Part shown: positions 18,716-26,939 of the stretch, in pieces
How the letters are laid out: each line of letters starts with the position of its first letter
Numbering within the stretch: the first letter of the stretch is position 1
Assembly: GCA_021787985.1 (NCBI GenBank)
Contig: JAJYLG010000001.1
Location: forward strand, 50,163 to 114,162
Direction of reading: 5' to 3'
DNA from: Chloroflexota bacterium
GTDB lineage: Bacteria > Chloroflexota > Dehalococcoidia > DSGV01
Length of the DNA stretch: 64,000 bases
Made by a program: the position numbers and the translations under genes
The notes under the pieces: generated by a model
What the model was told of the DNA's origin: nothing
The model's input: the letters and a program-made list of their open reading frames with translations, nothing else
Databases searched by the model: none

Positions 18716-19342
18716 CTACGTTGCCAGCAGCCAGTCGACGACGCGCCGGTACTGCGCAAGCGGCACCTCGCCGACAACGCGAACGGCGCCGGCCGCGTCG
18801 GCGAGCAGCACCGTCGGCACCGCGGTGATGCCGCGTGTCTGAGCCTCGATGAAGTCGGCGAGCACCGCTGCCCGCTGTGTGCCCTCGTCGAGGTCGCGCT
18901 GGAAGCCCGCCACGTCCAGCCCCGCGCTGTCGGCCACCTGGATGAGCACGTCTCGCTGTGAGATGTCCCGGTTGAGCTCGAAGTAGGCGCGCAGCAGCGC
19001 CTCGTGGTAGCGAGCGAATGCTTCTGCACCCTGCCGCTCGGCGCACTTTCCGGCCTCCAGGGCCGGCAGGCTGTGTGAGGGCATGTCGCGGTCGTCGGGC
19101 CACGGGTGGAAGGTGACGCCATCCGGCGCGCCCATCTCTGCGGCCATTCGCCAGGACTCGCGCGTGTGGTCGTCGGGGCGACGGCCCTCGGCCTCAGGCT
19201 CAGGTCGCAGCGGGTAGGCTTTCCACGTGACGTTCACGCTTCCCGCGTACGTGTGCGTGATCTTGCGCAGACGAACCGCCGCGTTGTAGCACCACGGTCA
19301 GAGGTAATCCGAGTACGCGGTGACGATGACTGGCCCAGCCAT
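18716..19342 (-). CDS. DsbA/FrnE-like thiol-disulfide oxidoreductase with in-frame TGA (predicted selenocysteine, UPWC motif)
   Basis: Translation from ATG 19340-19342 reads MAGPVIVTAYSDYL-TGA(19298-19300)-PWCYNAAVRLRKI.... The TGA sits where DsbA/FrnE proteins have the first Cys of CPWC. The downstream ORF 18716..19237 is in the same frame and continues a DsbA fold (...GITAVPTVLL...). A GAGG RBS is present. A hairpin lies 14 nt after the TGA. Confidence 0.7.
19266..19283 (-). other. SECIS-like stem-loop downstream of the DsbA-like TGA
   Basis: The mRNA forms CGCGG-CGGUUCGU-CUGCG (5 bp stem including a G-U pair, loop with GGUU), starting 14 nt after the UGA. Confidence 0.35.
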
Positions 19343-19432
19343 CCTCGATTCCCCCGTTGCGTGACTTGCCCAGGACCACAGACGATCGGTTCATCGAGGC
19401 TGAAGCCTGGGCTCCTTTCCGGGGCTCGGCGC

Positions 19433-21751
19433 TTACGCCCGCTGCCCCGGTTCTGTACGTTCCCTCGAAGACGAGCGCCGGACACGGGCGGCACGCGGCG
19501 CCCTGGTCTTGGTGGGAGACCGTGTGGCCGCGGCGGACAGGTCCGGCGCCGCCGATGGCTCGGGATCCGCAGCGCCGGTGCCCCCGAGCCCGTGGAGGTC
19601 GGGTGGTCGCCGTGCTTCGCCGATCGCCTTCCTGAAATGGCGGGCCGCAAGCGCCAAGCGCTCGGGCTCAGGCTCCTGACCCCGTTCGATCTGCTCCCGG
19701 ACGGCGAGCATGGTCGCCCGGCGACAGACGAAGCCGATGCGCCCGCCGGTCCAGCCGTCCGTGAGGTCGGCGAGCGTCTCCACTTCCACGTCATCCGCGA
19801 GAGGCTTGCCGTTCAGGTGTAGCTGGAAGATCTCCAGCCTCGCGGCCTTGGCCGGGAGCGGAAGCTCGATTACCAGCTCGAACCGACCGGGAGTCAACAG
19901 CGCGGCGTCGATGGCCTCCGGCCGATTCGCTGCCGCCATCACGACGATGCCGTCCGTCTCGGCCAGCTCATCCATCTCGGTGAGAAGCTGGCTAACGATG
20001 CGATCAGTGACTTGCGTGTCGGACGCGGCGTCCCGTGCGGGCGCCAACGCGGCGAGATCATCAAAGAAGAGGATGCACGGGGCGGTAGTCCGGGCGCGGC
20101 GGAACGCTTCCCGCACTCCCTTCTCGGTCTCGCCGAGCCACTTCGAGAGCAGCTCCGCGCCTCGGACAGGAATCAACGTGCTCTTGCTTTCGCCCGCGAC
20201 GGCTCTGGCCAGGAGGGTCTTCCCAGCTCCTGAAGGTCCGTACAGCAGCACGCCTTTCGGCGGTCGCGCTTGCGCCCGCTGGAAGAGCGCTGGATACTTC
20301 GTCGGCCAGACGATGGCCTCGTCGAGCGCCTGCTTCGCCTCTTCCAGCCCCGCCACGTCGCTCCAGCCGGCCCGAGGTGTTTCGCTGGACAGGCCGCGCA
20401 TCGCGGCCGGCTTCAGACCTGCCAGCGCTTCGAAGAAGTCGGCGCCGCTGACGATCAGGCTCTCCAGTGAGCTGGGCGACCAGTCGCCGGCGTTGCCGCC
20501 GGACGGCGCCATCTCCTTCCTCAGGCGCACCATTGCCGCCTCGCGGCACAAGTTGGCCAGGTCGGCGCCGACGAAGCCATGGGTCAGGTCGGCGATGCTG
20601 GCCAGATCGACGTCCGCGGCGAGCGGCATGGGGTGAGTGTGGATGGCCAAAATCTCGAGCCGCCCGGAGGTACCCGGCACCGGCACGTGGATCTCACGGT
20701 CGAACCTGCCAGGCCGGCGCAGGGCGGGATCGAGCATGTCGGGAGCGTTTGTGGCAGCGATGACGATCACCTGCTCCCGTGACTCGAGGCCGTCCATGAG
20801 CGCCATCAACTGCGCCACGACTCGCTTCTCCACGTCTCCGTAGACGTCCTCGCGCTTGAGCGCGACGGCGTCGATCTCGTCGAAGAAGATGACCGAGGGC
20901 GCATTCTCGCGGGCCTCGCGGAACACCTCGCGCAGGCGCGACTCCGACTCGCCATAGAATTTGTGGAAGATCTCCGGACCGCTGACGTGGATGAAGTGGG
21001 CCGAGGTCTCGCCCGCGACTGCCCGGGCGACCAACGTTTTCCCCGTGCCAGGCGGACCGTACAGGAGCACCCCTTTCGGCGGCTCGATCCCCAGCCGTTC
21101 GAAGACCTCTGGATGGAGGAGAGGCAGCTCTACCACCTCGCGCACCCGCTGCAGTTGCAGCGTCAGGCCACCGACATCGGCATAGGTCGTCCGGGGTCCG
21201 GACTCCGACGCACCCACCTGCAGGGCTGTCTCCTCGCAGATCTCAGCCGGGCCCGCCGGCTCCGTCGATTTCACGATGAACTCCGCGGGCCGTAGCTGGT
21301 CATCGTCGATACAAAGGTAGTCGCCCGGCTGCACGACCATGCTCTGAAACCGTGAGCTCAGCTCCTTCGTTCTGTGTCCATCACGATCCGGGAAACCGCC
21401 CAGTGGCACGAGGAGCACTCGCTCTGCGGCCGGGCAGGCGGCGACCTGCACGATCGACGCCGGCTCTCCGAGGTTCACCCGAGCGTTGCGCCGCACCAGC
21501 GCGTCGGCCTGCACGATGCCCTTCCCGCGGTCCGCGGTCCGCGTAGGGTACACCCGCGCGTGGGCAGCTCGCTTGCCGTGAACACGGACGACCTCACCAA
21601 CATGGGCGCCGATGCGCTCCATGTCCGCCGGATCGATGCGGACGATGCCCCTCGCCGCGTCCTCGGTCGGGGCTTCGGCGACCCGGCGCTCGATGCCTAC
21701 TCCGCCGTCCATCCGGTCCCCACCGCGGGCAACGCGGCCATCCTCCGTCAC
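19433..21751 (-). CDS. Cdc48/VCP-like double AAA+ ATPase (Cpa/VAT-like unfoldase)
   Basis: It has an N-terminal double-psi-barrel-like domain and two AAA modules, each with Walker A GPPGTGKT / GPSGAGKT and a second-region-of-homology. The GTG start at 21751 overlaps the upstream stop (GTGA). An alternative ATG start lies at 21712. Confidence 0.85.
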   Translation of the reverse strand: MTEDGRVARGGDRMDGGVGIERRVAEAPTEDAARGIVRIDPADMERIGAHVGEVVRVHGKRAAHARVYPTRTADRGKGIVQADALVRRNARVNLGEPASIVQVAACPAAERVLLVPLGGFPDRDGHRTKELSSRFQSMVVQPGDYLCIDDDQLRPAEFIVKSTEPAGPAEICEETALQVGASESGPRTTYADVGGLTLQLQRVREVVELPLLHPEVFERLGIEPPKGVLLYGPPGTGKTLVARAVAGETSAHFIHVSGPEIFHKFYGESESRLREVFREARENAPSVIFFDEIDAVALKREDVYGDVEKRVVAQLMALMDGLESREQVIVIAATNAPDMLDPALRRPGRFDREIHVPVPGTSGRLEILAIHTHPMPLAADVDLASIADLTHGFVGADLANLCREAAMVRLRKEMAPSGGNAGDWSPSSLESLIVSGADFFEALAGLKPAAMRGLSSETPRAGWSDVAGLEEAKQALDEAIVWPTKYPALFQRAQARPPKGVLLYGPSGAGKTLLARAVAGESKSTLIPVRGAELLSKWLGETEKGVREAFRRARTTAPCILFFDDLAALAPARDAASDTQVTDRIVSQLLTEMDELAETDGIVVMAAANRPEAIDAALLTPGRFELVIELPLPAKAARLEIFQLHLNGKPLADDVEVETLADLTDGWTGGRIGFVCRRATMLAVREQIERGQEPEPERLALAARHFRKAIGEARRPPDLHGLGGTGAADPEPSAAPDLSAAATRSPTKTRAPRAARVRRSSSRERTEPGQRA

Positions 21752-22695
21752 AGCGGTCGGCCGTGCAGGGCCCCGCCCCGCCCTGGGTCGCGGGCATCCG
21801 TCGCTGCCAACGCTGCGTCGAACAGCGCGGACCCGCCAGCCGTGCCACCAGCGGCTGTCCGTTGCAAGTCCAGCTCCCCCAGACGTTCGAGCACCTGCCT
21901 CGTCGTGCTCGTCATGACGGCGTCGATGCCGAGCCCGGTCATCGTCGCGAGCGAGTCGCCCATCTCCTTGGCACGCCGTGCCAGGTGCTGGGCCCCCTGC
22001 ACGATGAAGTAGTCGGCAGCCGTGTCGAAGGTGTTGCCCGAACCGAGCCGCAACGGCCAGACGATGTCACCGAAGCGCTCCAAGTCTATGCCGGCCCTGC
22101 GGGCGGCCATGCCAACCTCCCACAGGAGCGCCGAGTAGCCCTTGGTCCCGACCGAACGGATCATCTTCAGCACCGAGGCCGTGCCGATCCGCTCGTCGAC
22201 GACGACGGCCGCAAGGTTGTATGGCGCCATGCGCTCGGCGAACGACGCGGCGGCCGGCCCGGAGACGTAGAGCGGCTGCCGATGGCCACCGTACACGACG
22301 GCTCCCATCAGCGCCGCGTCGATGAACTGCGCCCCGGCCTGCAGCACTGGGGCCGCGGCCGCGGCCTTCCTGTCGGGCGCGCACGAGTTCAGGTCCACGT
22401 ACATCTGCGGCGCAGACAGAAACGGGGCCGCTCGTTGCGCGGCTTCCACGGCGCTGTCCGTCGTCACCGCCGAAAACACGATATCCGACTCGGCGGAGAG
22501 GGCGGCGATCGTGTCCACGAGCCGGGCGCCCGCTTGGGCGGCGTGGCGGCGGAACGAAGCGGCGTAGGGAGGACGATGGCGCGGCCCATCGACGAAAGCA
22601 ACGATGTTGCGGATCCCGTCCTGCGACAATCCCCTCGCGTGGTGGTAGCCGACCTCGCCGAAGCCGATGTAGCCGATGCGCGGAGGTGTAGCCAT
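21748..22695 (-). CDS. NAD(P)-binding oxidoreductase (6-phosphogluconate/3-hydroxyisobutyrate dehydrogenase-like NAD-binding domain)
   Basis: Starts at ATG 22693-22695 (MATPPRIGYIGFGEVGYHHARGL...), which is a Rossmann GxGxxG motif. The ORF-track N-terminus is Arg-rich. Confidence 0.7.
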   Translation of the reverse strand: MATPPRIGYIGFGEVGYHHARGLSQDGIRNIVAFVDGPRHRPPYAASFRRHAAQAGARLVDTIAALSAESDIVFSAVTTDSAVEAAQRAAPFLSAPQMYVDLNSCAPDRKAAAAAPVLQAGAQFIDAALMGAVVYGGHRQPLYVSGPAAASFAERMAPYNLAAVVVDERIGTASVLKMIRSVGTKGYSALLWEVGMAARRAGIDLERFGDIVWPLRLGSGNTFDTAADYFIVQGAQHLARRAKEMGDSLATMTGLGIDAVMTSTTRQVLERLGELDLQRTAAGGTAGGSALFDAALAATDARDPGRGGALHGRPL

Positions 22696-22711
22696 GTGCG
22701 CGTGTGCCCGT

Positions 22712-23590
22712 CTATCCACGTCCCGCTCCGCCGTCCGGCGGCGACGCCAGTCCGAGCAACTGGCGCGGATTGTCGCGCGCCATGCGGCCGAGGTCGCCCT
22801 CGGAGAGGCCACCATGGAGGAGCTGCGCGATGAACGTGCGGAAGCCCTCCGGCGGCGACGGATTGATCGCCTGCCCCAGGTCCGTTGAGAGGACGCACTG
22901 GTCCGCGCCTACCGCGCGGATGGCCGTCGCCAGCGACTCCACCGTGTGCGTGCCGACGTGATAGGTGCACACCACGTACGCGTGCTCGATGAAAGCCCCG
23001 CGCCGAGCGAGCTCTTGCTGCCAATCGATCGGGATCCACATGTCGGCGTGCGTCACCACCGTGGGGATCCCGCGACGGCACGACTCGCCGACCAGCGCGT
23101 CCTGCTCCTCCACGGAGAGGTGACCCGTTCCCAGGACGAGGCTCCGGTGCTGAATGATGTCGAGGATGTCGAGAACGGCCGGGCGGAGCTTCCCGGTCTC
23201 ATTCAGTACGGTGATTCCCGGGCGACCGTAGCGTTCCCGACTCCAGTGGTCGGCCGTGAACGTCGGCATCCACACCTTTCGGGCGCCGACACCGGCGGCG
23301 ACCTCGACCGCCCGCGGATTGAGGCCGCCAACTGACTCGTTGAGCGTCACGCTGCCGAACACCTCAATCCCGGGGACCATGCGGTTCACGACGTACGCCA
23401 CCGGCGACGTGGGGTACTCGTGGCTCTTGAAGATGAAGCCGCCCATCCCCAGGTCGCGCGCGGCCGACGCCAGGTCGACGATGTCGTGCCTCCGCGGGGA
23501 ACCCGCATCCGGTGCCGCGTGCACATGGATATCGATCGCGCCTCTCAGGATGGCGTCAACCGTGGCGGTGAACTCTCCGTCCGCAACCAC
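22712..23590 (-). CDS. Amidohydrolase-2-type TIM-barrel metal-dependent hydrolase
   Basis: ...AIDIHVHAAPD... gives the HxH metal ligands, and ...GTGHLSVEE... and ...VVTHADMW... follow. At 292 aa it is typical of PF04909-like hydrolases. Confidence 0.6.
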   Translation of the reverse strand: MVADGEFTATVDAILRGAIDIHVHAAPDAGSPRRHDIVDLASAARDLGMGGFIFKSHEYPTSPVAYVVNRMVPGIEVFGSVTLNESVGGLNPRAVEVAAGVGARKVWMPTFTADHWSRERYGRPGITVLNETGKLRPAVLDILDIIQHRSLVLGTGHLSVEEQDALVGESCRRGIPTVVTHADMWIPIDWQQELARRGAFIEHAYVVCTYHVGTHTVESLATAIRAVGADQCVLSTDLGQAINPSPPEGFRTFIAQLLHGGLSEGDLGRMARDNPRQLLGLASPPDGGAGRG

Positions 23591-23599
23591 ATTCCGCTC

Positions 23600-24688
23600 C
23601 TACTCGCGCAAGTCCGCGACGCGCGCGACCGGCGTTCCGTCCCGTCGGCACAGCGCCCGCGTCACCGGACGCGTCTGGTCCCCGAACGTGGGTTGCCAGC
23701 TACTGTGCTTGCCGGCGCCTCCTACCACGATGACGGAGATCGCCTCCGGCGCATCTGCGATGGGCACCATCGTGTCATCTCGGTCTGGGAGCCCATTGCG
23801 GTGCGCCAGGAAGGCCCGGTACTCGGGGCCGAGGCGTCCCAACGGGAACCGTGCCTGCTCGAACAGGAACTGCTTCACCGTGCGCTTCGAGAACCCGTCC
23901 CGGGCAAGCGTGGCGGCGTGCTCTGGCCCCAGGCTCAGCAGCGGCCAGCCACGGCCGAGGAGATTGTTGCTTCCGGCCTCGCCCATGGCGCCCGCGATCA
24001 GGTGGAGGATGCCGATCCCGGTGGTGCTGTAATGGTCCTGAATGTTGTGCGGGCCCTCGCAGCCGAAGACGGTCACCGTGCTGGTGTCTGGCGCGAACCC
24101 GCGCTCGACGTGCAGCGGCTCCCAGGGATTTTGCTCTTCGTTTTCGGCCACGCAGTAGGCGATCTTTGCCGGGTTCCCTTGAGTGGCGCGATCGCCGCGA
24201 CCGGGCAGCCCTCCGCCGATGTTCATCAGGATGAGGCGCATGGCTCTGCCGATCGTTGCGTTCGCGCGAAAGCCCTGGCCGAACGCGTTGTAACCGGCAT
24301 TGATGCTGAGCTCGCGCGCGACTGGCCCGTTGACGACGACCAATGGCGCGACCGGGTGGGTTGTCGCCTGGATCGAGTCGATGTTGAACGCCGGGTCGGC
24401 GATCGCCTCCACTGCCGCGATCACGACCGGTAGGAATTCCGGCCGGCAGCCCGCCATGGCCGCGTTGATCGCGATCCTTTCCACCGTGGCCTCGCCCTGC
24501 CTCGGAGGCAGCACCGCGACGACCTCCTGGCGATCCCGGTCTGTCCAGCCGAGGAGCTCCTCGACGAGGTCCTCGGTGGGCGGCACGATCGGCAGGCCGT
24601 CGGTCCAGCCGCGTTCTTGGTAGAGCTCGTTGATCGCTCGATACGAGTCCTCGACGCGCAGCGTCCGGGCCGCCGCTCCGTCAGCCAC
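23600..24688 (-). CDS. Uncharacterised conserved protein, UGSC-associated partner A (paralog of 31116..32156)
   Basis: It shares N-terminal ...GWTDGLPIVPPTE... and a central ...GQGFRANATIGRAMRLILMNIGGGLPG... block with the paralog. The GTG start (second GTG, 24686-24688) lies 6 nt after a GGGAGGGA RBS and overlaps the UGSC-A stop by 8 nt. Confidence 0.65.
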   Translation of the reverse strand: MADGAAARTLRVEDSYRAINELYQERGWTDGLPIVPPTEDLVEELLGWTDRDRQEVVAVLPPRQGEATVERIAINAAMAGCRPEFLPVVIAAVEAIADPAFNIDSIQATTHPVAPLVVVNGPVARELSINAGYNAFGQGFRANATIGRAMRLILMNIGGGLPGRGDRATQGNPAKIAYCVAENEEQNPWEPLHVERGFAPDTSTVTVFGCEGPHNIQDHYSTTGIGILHLIAGAMGEAGSNNLLGRGWPLLSLGPEHAATLARDGFSKRTVKQFLFEQARFPLGRLGPEYRAFLAHRNGLPDRDDTMVPIADAPEAISVIVVGGAGKHSSWQPTFGDQTRPVTRALCRRDGTPVARVADLRE

Positions 24689-25256
24689 GCTCACTCCCTC
24701 CCTGAACGCCCGGAGCTGGCAGCGGCACGGCGGCGCTCACCGCTGTTGCCACCGCATCGGCGAGGTCCTTCGCCTTCGCCACCACCTCCTCCTCGGGGAT
24801 GCCCCCCAGCGGGTGCTGCGTGAGCGCGATCGGAAGCTCGGGCAGGCCGCGGTTCCGCGCCTCGAGCCGTGCGAGGGCCTGGAACTCGTCCGTACCGACC
24901 ACTACGGTAGGAACTCCCTGCTTCTCGAGCAGGATGGCGCCGTGGATACTCCACGACGTGCACGACCCTCAGTCCGCGCTGCCCACGATGACGAAGTCGC
25001 ACGTCATCAGGTCAGCCAGCACGTCCGGGGGAGGCGGTCCGGCGATGGGCTTCTCCCGCTTCAACACTTCGCGTATGCCGTGAAGCTCCTGCAGCCGCTT
25101 GGCGACCGACAGCATGAGGATGTCCGCGTTCGGCTTGCCGTTGTCCAGGATCCCGACGCGCGCGCCGGCGAGGCTGTCCAGTCGCGGCGCCAGCCTGACG
25201 GAGGCCACCTTGGGTTCGGCCGTCGGGTCATAAACTCTCGTCCAACGCTCGGTCAT
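24681..25256 (-). CDS. UGSC-motif small selenoprotein A (in-frame TGA at 24969-24971)
   Basis: Starts at ATG 25254-25256 with an AAGGGAG RBS. The ORFs 24969..25295 and 24681..24902 are in one frame and joined by a TGA: ...DFVIVGSAD-U-GSCTSWSIHGAILLEKQGVPTVVVGTDEF.... The paralog 32176..32718 has a TGA at the same aligned position. Confidence 0.7.
24939..24957 (-). other. SECIS-like stem-loop downstream of the UGSC-A TGA
   Basis: The mRNA forms GUCGUGG-AGUAU-CCACGGC (7 bp stem, 5-nt loop with GU), starting 11 nt after the UGA. Confidence 0.45.
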
Positions 25257-25366
25257 TGGCGTGCTCCCTTCGCCCTGCTGCTCTTCCTTCGCCACAGTCT
25301 ATGGGAACCCCCGTGCAGGAGGGCGAGACGCGCGCGAAGCTCGCCCTCCTGCATCAAGGTCGGCGG

Positions 25367-26848
25367 TTACTGGCCCTTCCAGGGGCAGGTGTCCGCGGCA
25401 CACGGATAGCCAGGAATGTTGCCGCGGATGCCGTGACCCTTGCTGGTCTCCATGTCGATCGGCGTCATCCCAGGGACCGGGACGAACCCCTTCGCGCTGG
25501 AATCCCAGTGCACCATCTGCACGGTCTCGATCGCCCAGTGGTCCTGGGCGCCGAACACGATTGGGCCGACGCAGAGGCTGCACTTCCAGCTTGACTGCAC
25601 GCTGAAGCCGGTTTGCATCGCATCGACCAGACCTTGCCGGGTCAGGTCCGGGCCGGCCAGCTCGAGGGAGTGGACCAGCATCTGCGTCCAGGCGATCCCG
25701 TCGAGGACGTAGGTGTTGAAGGCCAGCCCGTTCTGCTGCGCCCACGTCTTCGCCGCGGCCACCGCGGCCTCGTCCAGTTGATGGGTGGTGTAGATCCCGA
25801 GGTCAGCGGTCACGTTGTTGAAGTTCTGCGTTCCCGCGGCGACCGCGTTGCTGCTGCTCGCGCTCGACTGAGCGATCACCACCGGGCCGGTGTAGCCGGC
25901 CGTCTCGCGCAGGGCTTTGATGAACGGCACGATCGCGGTGCCCAGGAACGCCACGTAGTCCGGATGGGTGCTCGCGGCCTCCTGGGCTTGCGAGCTCAGG
26001 TCCGACGCGTTGGCGATGTTGTAGGTGATCGTCTTCGCGATCGTTGCGCTGGAGCTCGCCTGCGCCAATCCGACTTTGAAGCCCGCGAGCAGCGGCTGGC
26101 CGTAGGCGTCGTCCTGATAGACGACCGACACCTTCCCGCCGGGCTTCTGCTTGCCGACGTACGTGCCCAGCGCCAGCCCGTCTTCGAGCGCGGCCTGGCC
26201 GCCGCCGAACATCGTGGTGATCGTCGGCTCGGCCACCCAGGGCCCGTTCGCGAACAGGAAGATGTCGGGCACGCCCTTCGAGGCGTAGTACTTGTAGGTC
26301 GCCAGCTCACAGGCGACGCACAGGTTGCCGAACGTGGCGAACACTTTGTCCTGCTCCACGAGCTGCTTGGCGACGTCCGTGCCCCGCGCCGGAGTCCCGG
26401 CATTGTCCAGGTCGATCAGCTTGATCTTCCGGCCGAAGACGCCGCCGGCCTGGTTGACCGCGTCCACCACCTTCTGCATGGTCTGGGCGGTCGGGAGCCA
26501 CTGCGCCATGCCGCCGGTGTGGGGCGAGGAACGGCCGATTACGATGGTGTCCTTCGTTACGCCCGTGCGGTCGTCGCCTGCCGGCCGCGTCTTCGAGAGG
26601 GCAATGCAGTCGTTGATGGTGAACAGTCCGGCGACGCTCCGCGGGTCGCTTGCGATACCGGCCGGGCCGCATTTCCCGTTCCACGTGACGCCCGACGACG
26701 CCGTCGCCGTGTTGGAGGCGGCAGTGCCGGTGCTCCCCGGCTGAGTCGCCTTGGACGACTTGCTGCTGCACGCGGCCAGCGCCATGGCGACGACGGCCAC
26801 CAGCACCAACACGGTCAGCCGGACTCTCGACCTGGTGTAATCTCTCAT
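25367..26848 (-). CDS. ABC transporter substrate-binding lipoprotein (Liv-type periplasmic binding protein family)
   Basis: It has a signal peptide with a lipobox (...VLVLVAVVAMALAACSSKSS) and a type I PBP fold. Confidence 0.8.
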   Translation of the reverse strand: MRDYTRSRVRLTVLVLVAVVAMALAACSSKSSKATQPGSTGTAASNTATASSGVTWNGKCGPAGIASDPRSVAGLFTINDCIALSKTRPAGDDRTGVTKDTIVIGRSSPHTGGMAQWLPTAQTMQKVVDAVNQAGGVFGRKIKLIDLDNAGTPARGTDVAKQLVEQDKVFATFGNLCVACELATYKYYASKGVPDIFLFANGPWVAEPTITTMFGGGQAALEDGLALGTYVGKQKPGGKVSVVYQDDAYGQPLLAGFKVGLAQASSSATIAKTITYNIANASDLSSQAQEAASTHPDYVAFLGTAIVPFIKALRETAGYTGPVVIAQSSASSSNAVAAGTQNFNNVTADLGIYTTHQLDEAAVAAAKTWAQQNGLAFNTYVLDGIAWTQMLVHSLELAGPDLTRQGLVDAMQTGFSVQSSWKCSLCVGPIVFGAQDHWAIETVQMVHWDSSAKGFVPVPGMTPIDMETSKGHGIRGNIPGYPCAADTCPWKGQ

Positions 26849-26939
26849 CCTTTCCTCCCTGCACGAACTCCGAAGCGATGGTCATCGCTAATGACTTCAC
26901 GCGCTTCGCTACGGTGCCTGTTTGTCTGTTCGCACTCCT

